NCBI GenBank assembly: GCA_038045945.1 | Contig: JBBSXC010000004.1 | Coordinates: 1-64,000, forward strand | DNA: 64,000 nt | Reading direction: 5' to 3' | Origin: Nanobdellota archaeon | Lineage (GTDB): Archaea > Nanobdellota > Nanobdellia > Pacearchaeales > GW2011-AR1 | Shown here: positions 39,814-48,354 of the stretch, piece after piece | Layout: every line of letters begins with the position of its first letter | How positions within the stretch are numbered: position 1 is the first letter of the stretch | Translations under genes and position numbers: made by a program | The notes under the pieces: model-generated | Told to the model about the DNA's origin: nothing | The model's database searches: none | Seen by the model: the letters and a program-made list of their open reading frames with translations, nothing else

Positions 39814-40797
39814 ATGGAAAAAAGGGGTTTTGAATTCTCATTCAATTGGATATTCGCACTAATCGCAGGAGCAGCAATACTGTTCATAGCAATATACGCA
39901 TCAGGAAAATTTCTAAACACAGGAGAATTCCAACAAAGTACAGAAACAGCAAAAAAGTTAACGACACTATTCGAACCATTAGGAGTCCAAGGATTAGGAG
40001 AAGCAAGAACAGGAAAAATAAGTCTACAATCAGACATAAAAATATATTCAGATTGCTTCACGGACGGCAGCCTAGGAAGACAAAGAATATCAATAGCAGA
40101 AAAGAAAAGCTTTAATGATAAAGAATACGGCGACAAAGGTGTAGGAATAGAATTCTCAAACAAGTACATATTCTTTACGGAAGAATCAGAAGGAAGAGAA
40201 TTTGACTATTTCACAAAAAGCTTAAACTTACCATTCAAAACAGCAAACCTTCTGGTAATAACAGACAAAAATTATTGTTTTGTTAAACCACCAAGATTCG
40301 TAGAAGATGAAATAAACGATTTAGGAATGAAAAACATAATAATAAAAGAAACAGTAGGAGACTGTATAAAAAACATGACGATGATAAACAAGAGTCAAGT
40401 AGTATGCTTTGATACAGGATCAACAAACACTTGCGGCAGCATGGTAACGGACACATCAGGAGCAGGAGAAGAAAAATATAGTAGAGGATACGTAAATAGC
40501 CCCTCCGGGACAAAATACTTCGTAAAAGAATTATTGTATCCGGCAATATTCTCAAAAAAGACAGATTATGAGTGTAATGTAAAAAGAATAATGATGAGAA
40601 CAAGCAACTTAGCAAAACTTTACACAGAAAAATCAAAATTGTTATCAATAAGAGGAGTATGCGAAAGCGGACAAGAAACAGCACTACTAACACTAGACAC
40701 AGCAGCAAGAACTCTAAGAACATCACAAGACCTATCAGGCGTAAAATCAATAGCTGACGGAATAAACCAAAACGGAATATGCGAATTATGGAACTAA
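39814..40797 (+). CDS. Type IV pilin-like protein, large
   Basis: MEKRG|FEFSFNWIFALIAGAAILFIA. Confidence 0.82.
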   Translation: MEKRGFEFSFNWIFALIAGAAILFIAIYASGKFLNTGEFQQSTETAKKLTTLFEPLGVQGLGEARTGKISLQSDIKIYSDCFTDGSLGRQRISIAEKKSFNDKEYGDKGVGIEFSNKYIFFTEESEGREFDYFTKSLNLPFKTANLLVITDKNYCFVKPPRFVEDEINDLGMKNIIIKETVGDCIKNMTMINKSQVVCFDTGSTNTCGSMVTDTSGAGEEKYSRGYVNSPSGTKYFVKELLYPAIFSKKTDYECNVKRIMMRTSNLAKLYTEKSKLLSIRGVCESGQETALLTLDTAARTLRTSQDLSGVKSIADGINQNGICELWN

Positions 40798-41306
40798 AAA
40801 AAATAACAAACAAAAAAGCACAGTTCAAAATACAACAAACAGCATTCATGATACTAGGAACAGTATTATTCTTTGTACTAGTAGGATTATTCTGGTTAAC
40901 ACTAAAATCATCAAGCATTAACAAAAGCGCGGCAAACATAAAACAAGAAGAAGCAATAACCTTAGCACTAACAATAGCAGACTCACCAGAACTAACGTGC
41001 GGAACACAATGCATAGACTATGACAAGGCACAAGCACTAAAAAATACAAGACTATTCGAAGCAGTATGGCCAATAAGAAGCATAGAAATAAGAAAGATAT
41101 ACCCAAAAATAGGGGGAGGAACAATAATTGAGTGTAATAGCGGAAATATAGACAGTTGCAACCTAATAAGAATTGAAAACAAAGGAATAACATCCAGTAA
41201 TGGGGGAACGGCATCAAGTTATGTAAAAATATGCAGAAAAGAAAAAAATGCTGAAGGATACACATACGACAAATGCCAGTTCGGAGAAATAACAATAAAA
41301 ACATGA
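40788..41306 (+). CDS. Type IV pilin-like protein
   Basis: NKKA|QFKIQQTAFMILGTVLFFVLV; SPELTC..CIDYDK. Confidence 0.82.
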   Translation: MELKKITNKKAQFKIQQTAFMILGTVLFFVLVGLFWLTLKSSSINKSAANIKQEEAITLALTIADSPELTCGTQCIDYDKAQALKNTRLFEAVWPIRSIEIRKIYPKIGGGTIIECNSGNIDSCNLIRIENKGITSSNGGTASSYVKICRKEKNAEGYTYDKCQFGEITIKT

Positions 41307-41821
41307 AGAACAAGCGAGGACAGGATGAAATAGTAGGATTCATAATAATAGTTCTGCTAGTAAGCGTGGTAGCATTAGTGTTCTTTGGGATAACCCTAAG
41401 AAAAACAGCGCCAATAGAAAGCTCAGTAAGACTAGAAAACTTTGCAGGGGCGGCACTCGGAGTAACAACAGATTGTAGCATAAAAAAAGTGCCAAGCTAC
41501 TTAGACTTAGAAGACCTAATAAAAGAGTGCAGAAAAGGAACAAGTTGTTATGATGGGAAGAAAACGTGTGAATTATTAAACAAAACAGTAGGAGAATTAT
41601 TAGATTCAACATTCCCAATAAACGGCCAAGCACCAACAAACTATTACAGTTTTAAAGCATACTACCAACAAAACACAAGCCAAGGAAGCAGCGGAGGAGT
41701 AGAATTCTACACTACAGAAAAAGGAAAATGTGAAGGAACAAAGAGCGGAAACACTCAAAGCATAAGCAGCCTGCCAGGGGTAATAAGAGTAGAAACACAA
41801 ATATGCAGCAGTAGTGCCTAA
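41303..41821 (+). CDS. Type IV pilin-like protein
   Basis: MKNKRG|QDEIVGFIIIVLLVSVV; TTDC..DLIKEC. Confidence 0.82.
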   Translation: MKNKRGQDEIVGFIIIVLLVSVVALVFFGITLRKTAPIESSVRLENFAGAALGVTTDCSIKKVPSYLDLEDLIKECRKGTSCYDGKKTCELLNKTVGELLDSTFPINGQAPTNYYSFKAYYQQNTSQGSSGGVEFYTTEKGKCEGTKSGNTQSISSLPGVIRVETQICSSSA

Positions 41822-42177
41822 AAGTTAAGATTAATAGAAAGCTGAGAAACTTCAACTTCCGGCCTAACAGTCTTACGGTTACCCTTACGCTCAGAAATAA
41901 GCTTAACAAAACCGAAACGTTCAAGGATTTTAAGATCCTTAGTAACAGCCTTAAAGTCACGACTTAACATTTTAGAAAGAGAATAAATAGATAAAGGTTT
42001 TTGGTTCTTAATAACATAAAGCATTTTAGCACGCTCATTACTAAGAAGCTTACGCAGGTCAGTAATACCAGAAAAGTCGTAATCCTCAGCCTTTTTACCA
42101 CTAATTTTCTTAAATAAGAAACTAAAGGACGTGGGAGTAATGTATAAATCAATAATACGCTTCTTCTTCGACGCCAT
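41818..42177 (-). CDS. HTH transcriptional regulator (HVO_A0114-like)
   Basis: LRKLLSNER..IKNQKPLSIYSLSKMLSRDFKAVTKDLKILERFGFV. Confidence 0.85.
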   Translation of the reverse strand: MASKKKRIIDLYITPTSFSFLFKKISGKKAEDYDFSGITDLRKLLSNERAKMLYVIKNQKPLSIYSLSKMLSRDFKAVTKDLKILERFGFVKLISERKGNRKTVRPEVEVSQLSINLNF

Positions 42178-42362
42178 TTTAAATAATTAAAAGCATACTT
42201 TGCTCATAGTGGTTTAGTAAAGCCATATATGTACATTTAGAACCCCCATACTTATAAATCTTTCTATAACAACTGTTAATAGGACATTAATTTAACCGAA
42301 AGCTTTATAAAGAAAAATAGTAAAAAACTCATCAGCGAGGCTGAAATAGGGGGTAAAGGACG

Positions 42363-42538
42363 AAAGGTTTTTAAAGGGGTAAGATTTAGTGGTATTACAA
42401 ATATCGCGAATACTGGCTAGATCAGTATTCTAATAGGGACAACAGAGATACAACCAAAATACACATGGCAAATACCCTATCATGCCAAGTGTTAGGTTTC
42501 GAAAATAGATGAAAGGAGGTTTATAAAAAAAATAGAAA
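42363..42538 (+). promoter_or_regulatory. S-layer gene promoter and long structured 5' leader
   Basis: BRE/TATA AAAGGTTTTTAAA (42363-42375); hairpin 42408-42430; stem 42461-42470/42483-42492; SD AGGAGGT at 42514-42520. Confidence 0.6.
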
Positions 42539-45127
42539 ATGGTTATGTTTAAAAAAATAGCATCGATTTTGGCGAGCGCAGTAATGCTTGGAAGCACTAT
42601 GGGTGCAGCATTCGCAGCTAATTACCCAGCACCTTTCGTGTCGGGTGGAGCAGCAGATGTAGCAATCGTTTATGGTTCTAACGCAGCTGTTAGCGACTTA
42701 TCGGCAGCTATAGATATACAAACAAACCTTCAAAGCAAAGTAACAAGTTCCTCAGGTTCATCAGCATCAAGTACAGGTGGAGATTCTGCAGATTTGGCTT
42801 CTTCAAGTCAGAAACTGTACGTAAACTCTACTTTAAGTGCGGCAAGAACAGTTCTTACAAAGGACTACTTACCAACACTACTAGCTGATGGTTCCGCTTA
42901 CGACAATGCAGGAACAGAGTACAAATATACACAGGTAATTTACCCAGGTATAAACACTAGAAAAATTACTTTCGGAAAATCTTCTGAAAGTGTCGACCCT
43001 GCCCTAATCTTAGATTTGGGTTATTCGGGAACAAGCGCACCAACGTATAACTATACTTTGACATTCTCTAAGATTCTTAATGTATCAAGTTCTGACGTAG
43101 TTGGAACAGCCGACATTATGATTTTAGGAAACAAGTATACTATTGGTTCGAATTCCGATTCTAACACTCTGTACCTATACGGAAGCGGTACAACAACCAC
43201 TGTCGAGGAAGGCAATACTGCAACAGTAACAGTTGGCGCTAAAGACCACACAGTAATGTTGGTTGGAACTTCTGCAACAAATACTGCTACTATCGAAGTT
43301 GATGGATCATCAAGATCCGTTACTAAGGGTAACAGCTACAAGTTCGCAGACGGTTTCGAAGTTTACGTCAAAGATTTATTCCACGCAACAAAGACTGGAA
43401 CACTTTCCAGAGCTGAACTTTTAATAGGTTCAACTAGTCTACACTTCGAAGACGGACAATCCGTCAGAGTTGGTGCAGATGACACTTCGTTGTTAGGAAC
43501 TAATGCTGAAATAACAGGAACTGCTGGTGCTGGAATCAGTGCAATAATGGTTTCACAATCAGCAGAATCAAGTATAGGAGACTACCTTAAAGCTGGTCAA
43601 TCCTACACTGACAGAGTTTTCAAGAACTTAGTTCTTGATCACGTTGGTCCTGTTCCATCATTAGATGCTGAAAGCAGAGATATGCTAAGATTCGACACGG
43701 ACAACTCCGTAGCTGCAAGAGCAACCTTTACAACAGATTTATCTGATAAAGAGTACACTCTAAACTACGCGAGGGACTCAGACCAAACCGCAGATTCAGC
43801 TCTTGCTAGAGTTGACTTCTCTTACGACAACAACCTTAATATGACAAATATTGAGGGTGGTAATGCTAAGATGCAAGAATACCTTATCGTTAATGATAAC
43901 GATTATGGTGTGATTCTTCGTGTTGACTCAATCCCAGCGGGAACGAGCACAAACGATCAATTAACGTTTTCGGATGCCATAACAGGAGAACAATATAAGT
44001 TCACTGTAGGTAACCTTAACACAACAACAGCAGTTGCAAACATCCGCGGCGGAGAATACTATGTTAACACAAACCCTTCAAACGCTGACAGCGCCTTATG
44101 GACTGTTAACGTAACTTGGGGTGCGGGTTCTGCTGCCGGTAATCCTGGTACGCAAACAACATTGTATCCTAGAATAAAGTTGCAAAACGGTGAGTGGATT
44201 TCATTCTTAACACAAGCAACAGTTAATAATGCTACCACTTATTCACTTCCAGGATTATATACACTATCTGATTACAAATCAGGTAGCATATTAACTGGTG
44301 GTAACGCTACAAACGCATACAACAGAAACTCAACGAGTTTCGGTAACGTAGCATTTAATGTAACATGGACTACTAACAGCACGGCTAATCCTGCTGCAGG
44401 TACCCTAGATTCATTGAATCTTGGCGGAAGTAGTTGCATCTTTAACTCTACTATGGGTCCAGCTGTACTTTTACAGGAAGAGAAGACTGTTGATACAACA
44501 AACGGTCACGCTATCTGTATTCCATTGACAACGTCAAGCGGAAGTAACAGAATGCCTGCAATAGGCACTCCACTATTCTCTGACACTTTAGGAAGCTTCG
44601 CAACACTGCAAAGCAATTCTTACAAGAGTCAGGCAATGGACAAGTTTGGTACATGGGTTGAGAGGGACACTACTACAAACACCAACGGTGCTGTAGCTAT
44701 AAGTTATCCAAGTGAACAGATGTATGTTGATGTATTCTTCCGTGGGAAGGAAACAACACTAACTCCAGGTTCCGAGGGCTCACAAGGCACTGGGAATGTT
44801 CTTATATTTAAGGACTCTGAGAGTGAATCGTTCATGAACAAGAACTTAGTAGTTATAGGTGGAAGCTGTGTTAATACGGTAGCAAGGAAACTTGTTGACG
44901 CTAGCGCAAATTCACCAATCTGTGGTGCTGACTTTACAGCTAAGACAAACGTAGGTGCTGGTCAATACATGTTAAAGGCAATGGAATCTCCATATAATGT
45001 GGGTAAGGTTGCAATGCTTGTAGCAGGTTACGAAGCAGCAAATACTGCAACTGCAGCTGCAAAGTTGAAGGAAGGTCACGCAACGGACAAGGGAACGTCA
45101 AACGTTTACCCTGTTCAATCTGCTTAA
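42539..45127 (+). CDS. Major S-layer protein (Methanococcales-type N/C-terminal domains)
   Basis: FKKIAS..AVMLGST..YPAPF..AIVYG..A..D N-terminus; NLVVIGGSCVN..LVAGY..T C-terminus; distinct codon usage suggesting high expression. Confidence 0.9.
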   Translation: MVMFKKIASILASAVMLGSTMGAAFAANYPAPFVSGGAADVAIVYGSNAAVSDLSAAIDIQTNLQSKVTSSSGSSASSTGGDSADLASSSQKLYVNSTLSAARTVLTKDYLPTLLADGSAYDNAGTEYKYTQVIYPGINTRKITFGKSSESVDPALILDLGYSGTSAPTYNYTLTFSKILNVSSSDVVGTADIMILGNKYTIGSNSDSNTLYLYGSGTTTTVEEGNTATVTVGAKDHTVMLVGTSATNTATIEVDGSSRSVTKGNSYKFADGFEVYVKDLFHATKTGTLSRAELLIGSTSLHFEDGQSVRVGADDTSLLGTNAEITGTAGAGISAIMVSQSAESSIGDYLKAGQSYTDRVFKNLVLDHVGPVPSLDAESRDMLRFDTDNSVAARATFTTDLSDKEYTLNYARDSDQTADSALARVDFSYDNNLNMTNIEGGNAKMQEYLIVNDNDYGVILRVDSIPAGTSTNDQLTFSDAITGEQYKFTVGNLNTTTAVANIRGGEYYVNTNPSNADSALWTVNVTWGAGSAAGNPGTQTTLYPRIKLQNGEWISFLTQATVNNATTYSLPGLYTLSDYKSGSILTGGNATNAYNRNSTSFGNVAFNVTWTTNSTANPAAGTLDSLNLGGSSCIFNSTMGPAVLLQEEKTVDTTNGHAICIPLTTSSGSNRMPAIGTPLFSDTLGSFATLQSNSYKSQAMDKFGTWVERDTTTNTNGAVAISYPSEQMYVDVFFRGKETTLTPGSEGSQGTGNVLIFKDSESESFMNKNLVVIGGSCVNTVARKLVDASANSPICGADFTAKTNVGAGQYMLKAMESPYNVGKVAMLVAGYEAANTATAAAKLKEGHATDKGTSNVYPVQSA

Positions 45128-45166
45128 AAACAGAAAAAGTAAATTTTTATTTTTATTTTTTTGCTT

Positions 45167-45273
45167 TTTGAGGACTTTAAAGTCCTCAAAGCCCTGAAAA
45201 TCGAAAGCCAAGATTTTCAGAGTTTTGAAGAATCCTTTAGGATTCGAAGGAATCAGCAAATTGCTGATTCCTT
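45167..45273. repeat. Array of four consecutive hairpins after the S-layer gene
   Basis: Perfect 24-bp palindrome 45167-45190; CTGAAAATC/GATTTTCAG 45194-45220; GAATCCT/AGGATTC 45230-45245; AAGGAATCAGCAA/TTGCTGATTCCTT 45247-45273. Confidence 0.85.
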
Positions 45274-45363
45274 AATTTTTTGTCATTAAGCGTTAGCTCT
45301 CGTCGATAAACTACACCATATCAGTTCATAAAGTTTAAAAGGCTTAGTCAGTAATAACTAATT

Positions 45364-45996
45364 ATGAGAGAATTAACAAGCAGAGAAGAAATAGAAAAGA
45401 AAGAAAAAAGAAACAAGACAACCCTGGGAATAATAATGGTCCTACTAATGCTTCTAAGCACAGCAGGATACGCATTACTAAACTACCAATCAACAAGCAC
45501 AGACACATCATCAGGAACACCAATAGCCAGTAATCCTAGCGGACAAATAGTTGAATACAACAAAATAAAGTTTGTAGGACAAGAAAGCGGACTGTGGCTA
45601 TTTGAAGTACAAGGAAACACATTTTATTCATCGTACACACCGGAAGAAGTAAAACACATTAACGTACCATTCATAAACATACAAGCATTCTCAGGACAAA
45701 CAGTCTATTACTCAGGAAACATACTAGCAGCAAGAGAAATACTAACAAACATTAACCCATACATAATTAGATCGCAAGAAGCATGCTTACAAGAATCAAA
45801 CATAAGCAACCAAAAATGCGAAGATAACCTGCCAATAAAAGACTGCACAAATACGTTCCTAGTAATAACAGAAGTAGGAGAAAATGAAACATCAAGAGTA
45901 ACAACAGATAATAAGTGTATAATAATAAAGAGTAAAGATACAGAACTTTTAAAAACCGCTGACGCATTACTTTTCAGAATATTAGGAGTACAATGA
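45364..45996 (+). CDS. Membrane-anchored hypothetical protein
   Basis: N-terminal TM (LMLLSTAGYA); four Cys; ADALLFRILG end. Confidence 0.8.
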   Translation: MRELTSREEIEKKEKRNKTTLGIIMVLLMLLSTAGYALLNYQSTSTDTSSGTPIASNPSGQIVEYNKIKFVGQESGLWLFEVQGNTFYSSYTPEEVKHINVPFINIQAFSGQTVYYSGNILAAREILTNINPYIIRSQEACLQESNISNQKCEDNLPIKDCTNTFLVITEVGENETSRVTTDNKCIIIKSKDTELLKTADALLFRILGVQ

Positions 45997-46000
45997 AAAC

Positions 46001-46678
46001 ATGACTAAAAAAAATATTAAGAAAGAAAAAGAAGAAGTGAACATTAATAGTGAAGCCTTCAGAAACAAACAATTAAGAAACATAACACTAATAATGGGAG
46101 TAGTAATACTAGTAACAATTATAGCATACTTAGTAACTAACAATTTATCAAACCCCAGCTATAGAGGTTTACAATTTACAAAAAATACTCAAGGTGGAGT
46201 AGACTTCTACATTGTTAAAGTGCCCGCAATTGATCCACTAACAGGAAAAACGCAAGGATACTACGACATGATCCTAAGAACAAACCCAAAAGAATTAGAC
46301 AAAATAGAATATGATGGTAGAACAAAAATCTTAAGAAACGTGATAATGTCATTTGATAGAGCAATCGAAGGATGCGAAGACAACGTAATAGCAGTAGCAA
46401 ACATGGCAAGATTCTTAACCGATGCAGGATTCCAGGTTAAAGGAGCATCACACGAGTACGAATACGCACAAGAAACAAACATGACATACGCAACATGCGC
46501 GGACGCAGAAAACTCAACAGTCATAGTGTTACAAAAAGCTTTAAACGGAGAAACAACAAGCGTTAGAGAAACAGTGAATAATTGTTACATCGTTAATATT
46601 GCAGAGTGCCAAACACTACCAGCCCTTGAAAGAATGATGACTGAGATAGCTATTGAAGCATCAAAACAAGGACAATAA
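46001..46678 (+). CDS. Membrane-anchored hypothetical protein, similar layout to the upstream gene
   Basis: N-terminal TM; ATC.D....VIVL..ETTSV...NNCYIV resembles KDC..TFLVI..ETSRV...NKCIII. Confidence 0.8.
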   Translation: MTKKNIKKEKEEVNINSEAFRNKQLRNITLIMGVVILVTIIAYLVTNNLSNPSYRGLQFTKNTQGGVDFYIVKVPAIDPLTGKTQGYYDMILRTNPKELDKIEYDGRTKILRNVIMSFDRAIEGCEDNVIAVANMARFLTDAGFQVKGASHEYEYAQETNMTYATCADAENSTVIVLQKALNGETTSVRETVNNCYIVNIAECQTLPALERMMTEIAIEASKQGQ

Positions 46679-46689
46679 AAAAAGATAAA

Positions 46690-47337
46690 ATGGTGTCAAT
46701 AATTGATTTATTATTACACATTGATAAGTATATAGGAATATTCTTACAACAAAGCGGGCCACTAACATACTGGATACTATTCCTAATAATATTTATAGAA
46801 ACAGGAGTAGTATTCTTCCCATTCCTACCAGGAGACTCACTATTATTCGTCGCCGGAACATTCTCAAGCCAGGGATTACTAAACCCAATAATATTATTCA
46901 TAACTTTATCAACAGCAGCAATACTAGGAGATGGACTAAACTACTACTTAGGAAAATTCTTCGGAGAAAAAATAATAAGAAAATTCCGATTCCTAAAAGA
47001 AGAATACTTAGAAAAAACTAAAGAATTCTACAAGCTGCACGGAGGAAAAACAATAATTTACGCAAGGTTCATACCTATCGTGCGAACATTCGCACCGTTC
47101 GTAGCAGGAATTGGGGGAATGGAATACAAAAAATTCTTATCATACAACGTCATAGGAGCAGTATTATGGGTAGGATTATTAGTATTCTCAGGATACTTCT
47201 TCGGAAACATAACACTAGTCAAAGAAAACTTACACATAATAATATACCTAATAATATTCGTTTCATTAATACCACCAATAATAGAGTGGTTAAGACACAA
47301 AATAAGAAAGAAAAAACAGCCTAAAAGCCATAAGTAA
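46690..47337 (+). CDS. dedA: DedA-family membrane protein
   Basis: FIETGVVFFPFLPGDSLLF..AILGD..ARFIPIVRTFAPFVAG. Confidence 0.96.
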   Translation: MVSIIDLLLHIDKYIGIFLQQSGPLTYWILFLIIFIETGVVFFPFLPGDSLLFVAGTFSSQGLLNPIILFITLSTAAILGDGLNYYLGKFFGEKIIRKFRFLKEEYLEKTKEFYKLHGGKTIIYARFIPIVRTFAPFVAGIGGMEYKKFLSYNVIGAVLWVGLLVFSGYFFGNITLVKENLHIIIYLIIFVSLIPPIIEWLRHKIRKKKQPKSHK

Positions 47338-47874
47338 TCATTTTTTGAGATATCTTAATAAAAACTTGAAGTCATCATAAACAGGAATACCACTTATAAC
47401 AAAAACTTTTGTTGTAGTAAACCAAACCCCTAAAACTATTATAATACTAAGAAAATACCAAGAAAACAAGTGTAAAGTATCAAAATAGTTACTACCTCCT
47501 TCGGAAACAGCAATAAGAGAAAAAATCGTTATTCTAATAACATTAATAATTAGGAATAAAGAAAGAGAAAAAACCACGGCCTTGACCCTCTTATGAAGGA
47601 TCATAGGCGTCGTTAAACAAAGAGCTAACAGTAAATAATAAGCTGCTCCAGCAACACAAGCATCTACTAATCCTATTGTTAAACCATTAAAAACTATTAA
47701 TTTTTCTAAGAAAAATCCTTGAGTAGAACCCACCAACCCCAACATAAACAAGGATAAGAAGTAAGTTATCGGGCTCATAAAATAATAAATAATGAATAAG
47801 CCATTAATAGAAATAAGAAATAAAGAAAGATACCTACTTATTAAAGCAACAAAAAAACTATTAGAGTAATTCAT
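47338..47874 (-). CDS. Archaeosortase/exosortase-family protein (pacearchaeosortase-like)
   Basis: Multi-TM with a Cys-Arg-His triad: LVDACVAG, INVIRI, DTLH. Confidence 0.85.
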   Translation of the reverse strand: MNYSNSFFVALISRYLSLFLISINGLFIIYYFMSPITYFLSLFMLGLVGSTQGFFLEKLIVFNGLTIGLVDACVAGAAYYLLLALCLTTPMILHKRVKAVVFSLSLFLIINVIRITIFSLIAVSEGGSNYFDTLHLFSWYFLSIIIVLGVWFTTTKVFVISGIPVYDDFKFLLRYLKK

Positions 47875-47908
47875 AATACTAATATAAAGACTTGATTAAT
47901 AAATAAAA

Positions 47909-48337
47909 CTATTTGTCATTAAGATTAGCCCAAATCCATCTTTGACGGAAAGATCTTGAATGGTCCTCTTGAGCATCCCACAAAACACTCATCTCAATCT
48001 TACTAGAATCAACCTTTTCCCCTTCAGGCAAATTGTCATTATAACCAAGCTCTTTAGCAAGCCTACTCTCAGTTAATTGTTCTTCTCTTGATTCACTTCG
48101 CTCATATTTATGAACATCGTGCCTTATGCCCCTACGAACATAATCAACAAGTCTTTCTTTAATAATAGGAGAATCACCAACTAAAGAATTATAAGAAGTT
48201 CTCATTAGGTCAATAGGACCATGAGTAAAAGAACCTATTAATTCAGCTAAAAAAACTCCCGCAGTAACACCACCAAATACAACACATGCTGTTAAACCAA
48301 GACAAGAAGAGCAACCGTCATTATTTTCATTAGCCAT
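47909..48337 (-). CDS. Hypothetical single-TM protein
   Basis: GCSSCLG followed by a TM and a charged domain. Confidence 0.65.
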   Translation of the reverse strand: MANENNDGCSSCLGLTACVVFGGVTAGVFLAELIGSFTHGPIDLMRTSYNSLVGDSPIIKERLVDYVRRGIRHDVHKYERSESREEQLTESRLAKELGYNDNLPEGEKVDSSKIEMSVLWDAQEDHSRSFRQRWIWANLNDK

Positions 48338-48354
48338 AGAATTAATAGAAATTT

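Noticed and set aside
28188..41821. Provirus or conjugative element, with the hydrophobic block as a tape-measure or TraN protein
   Set aside because: No capsid, terminase, integrase, VirB4 or relaxase genes; codon bias matches the host backbone. Only a loose architectural resemblance to TraN remains.
45167..45273. CRISPR array or tRNA
   Set aside because: The hairpins differ in sequence, there are no direct repeats with spacers, no cloverleaf and no cas genes.
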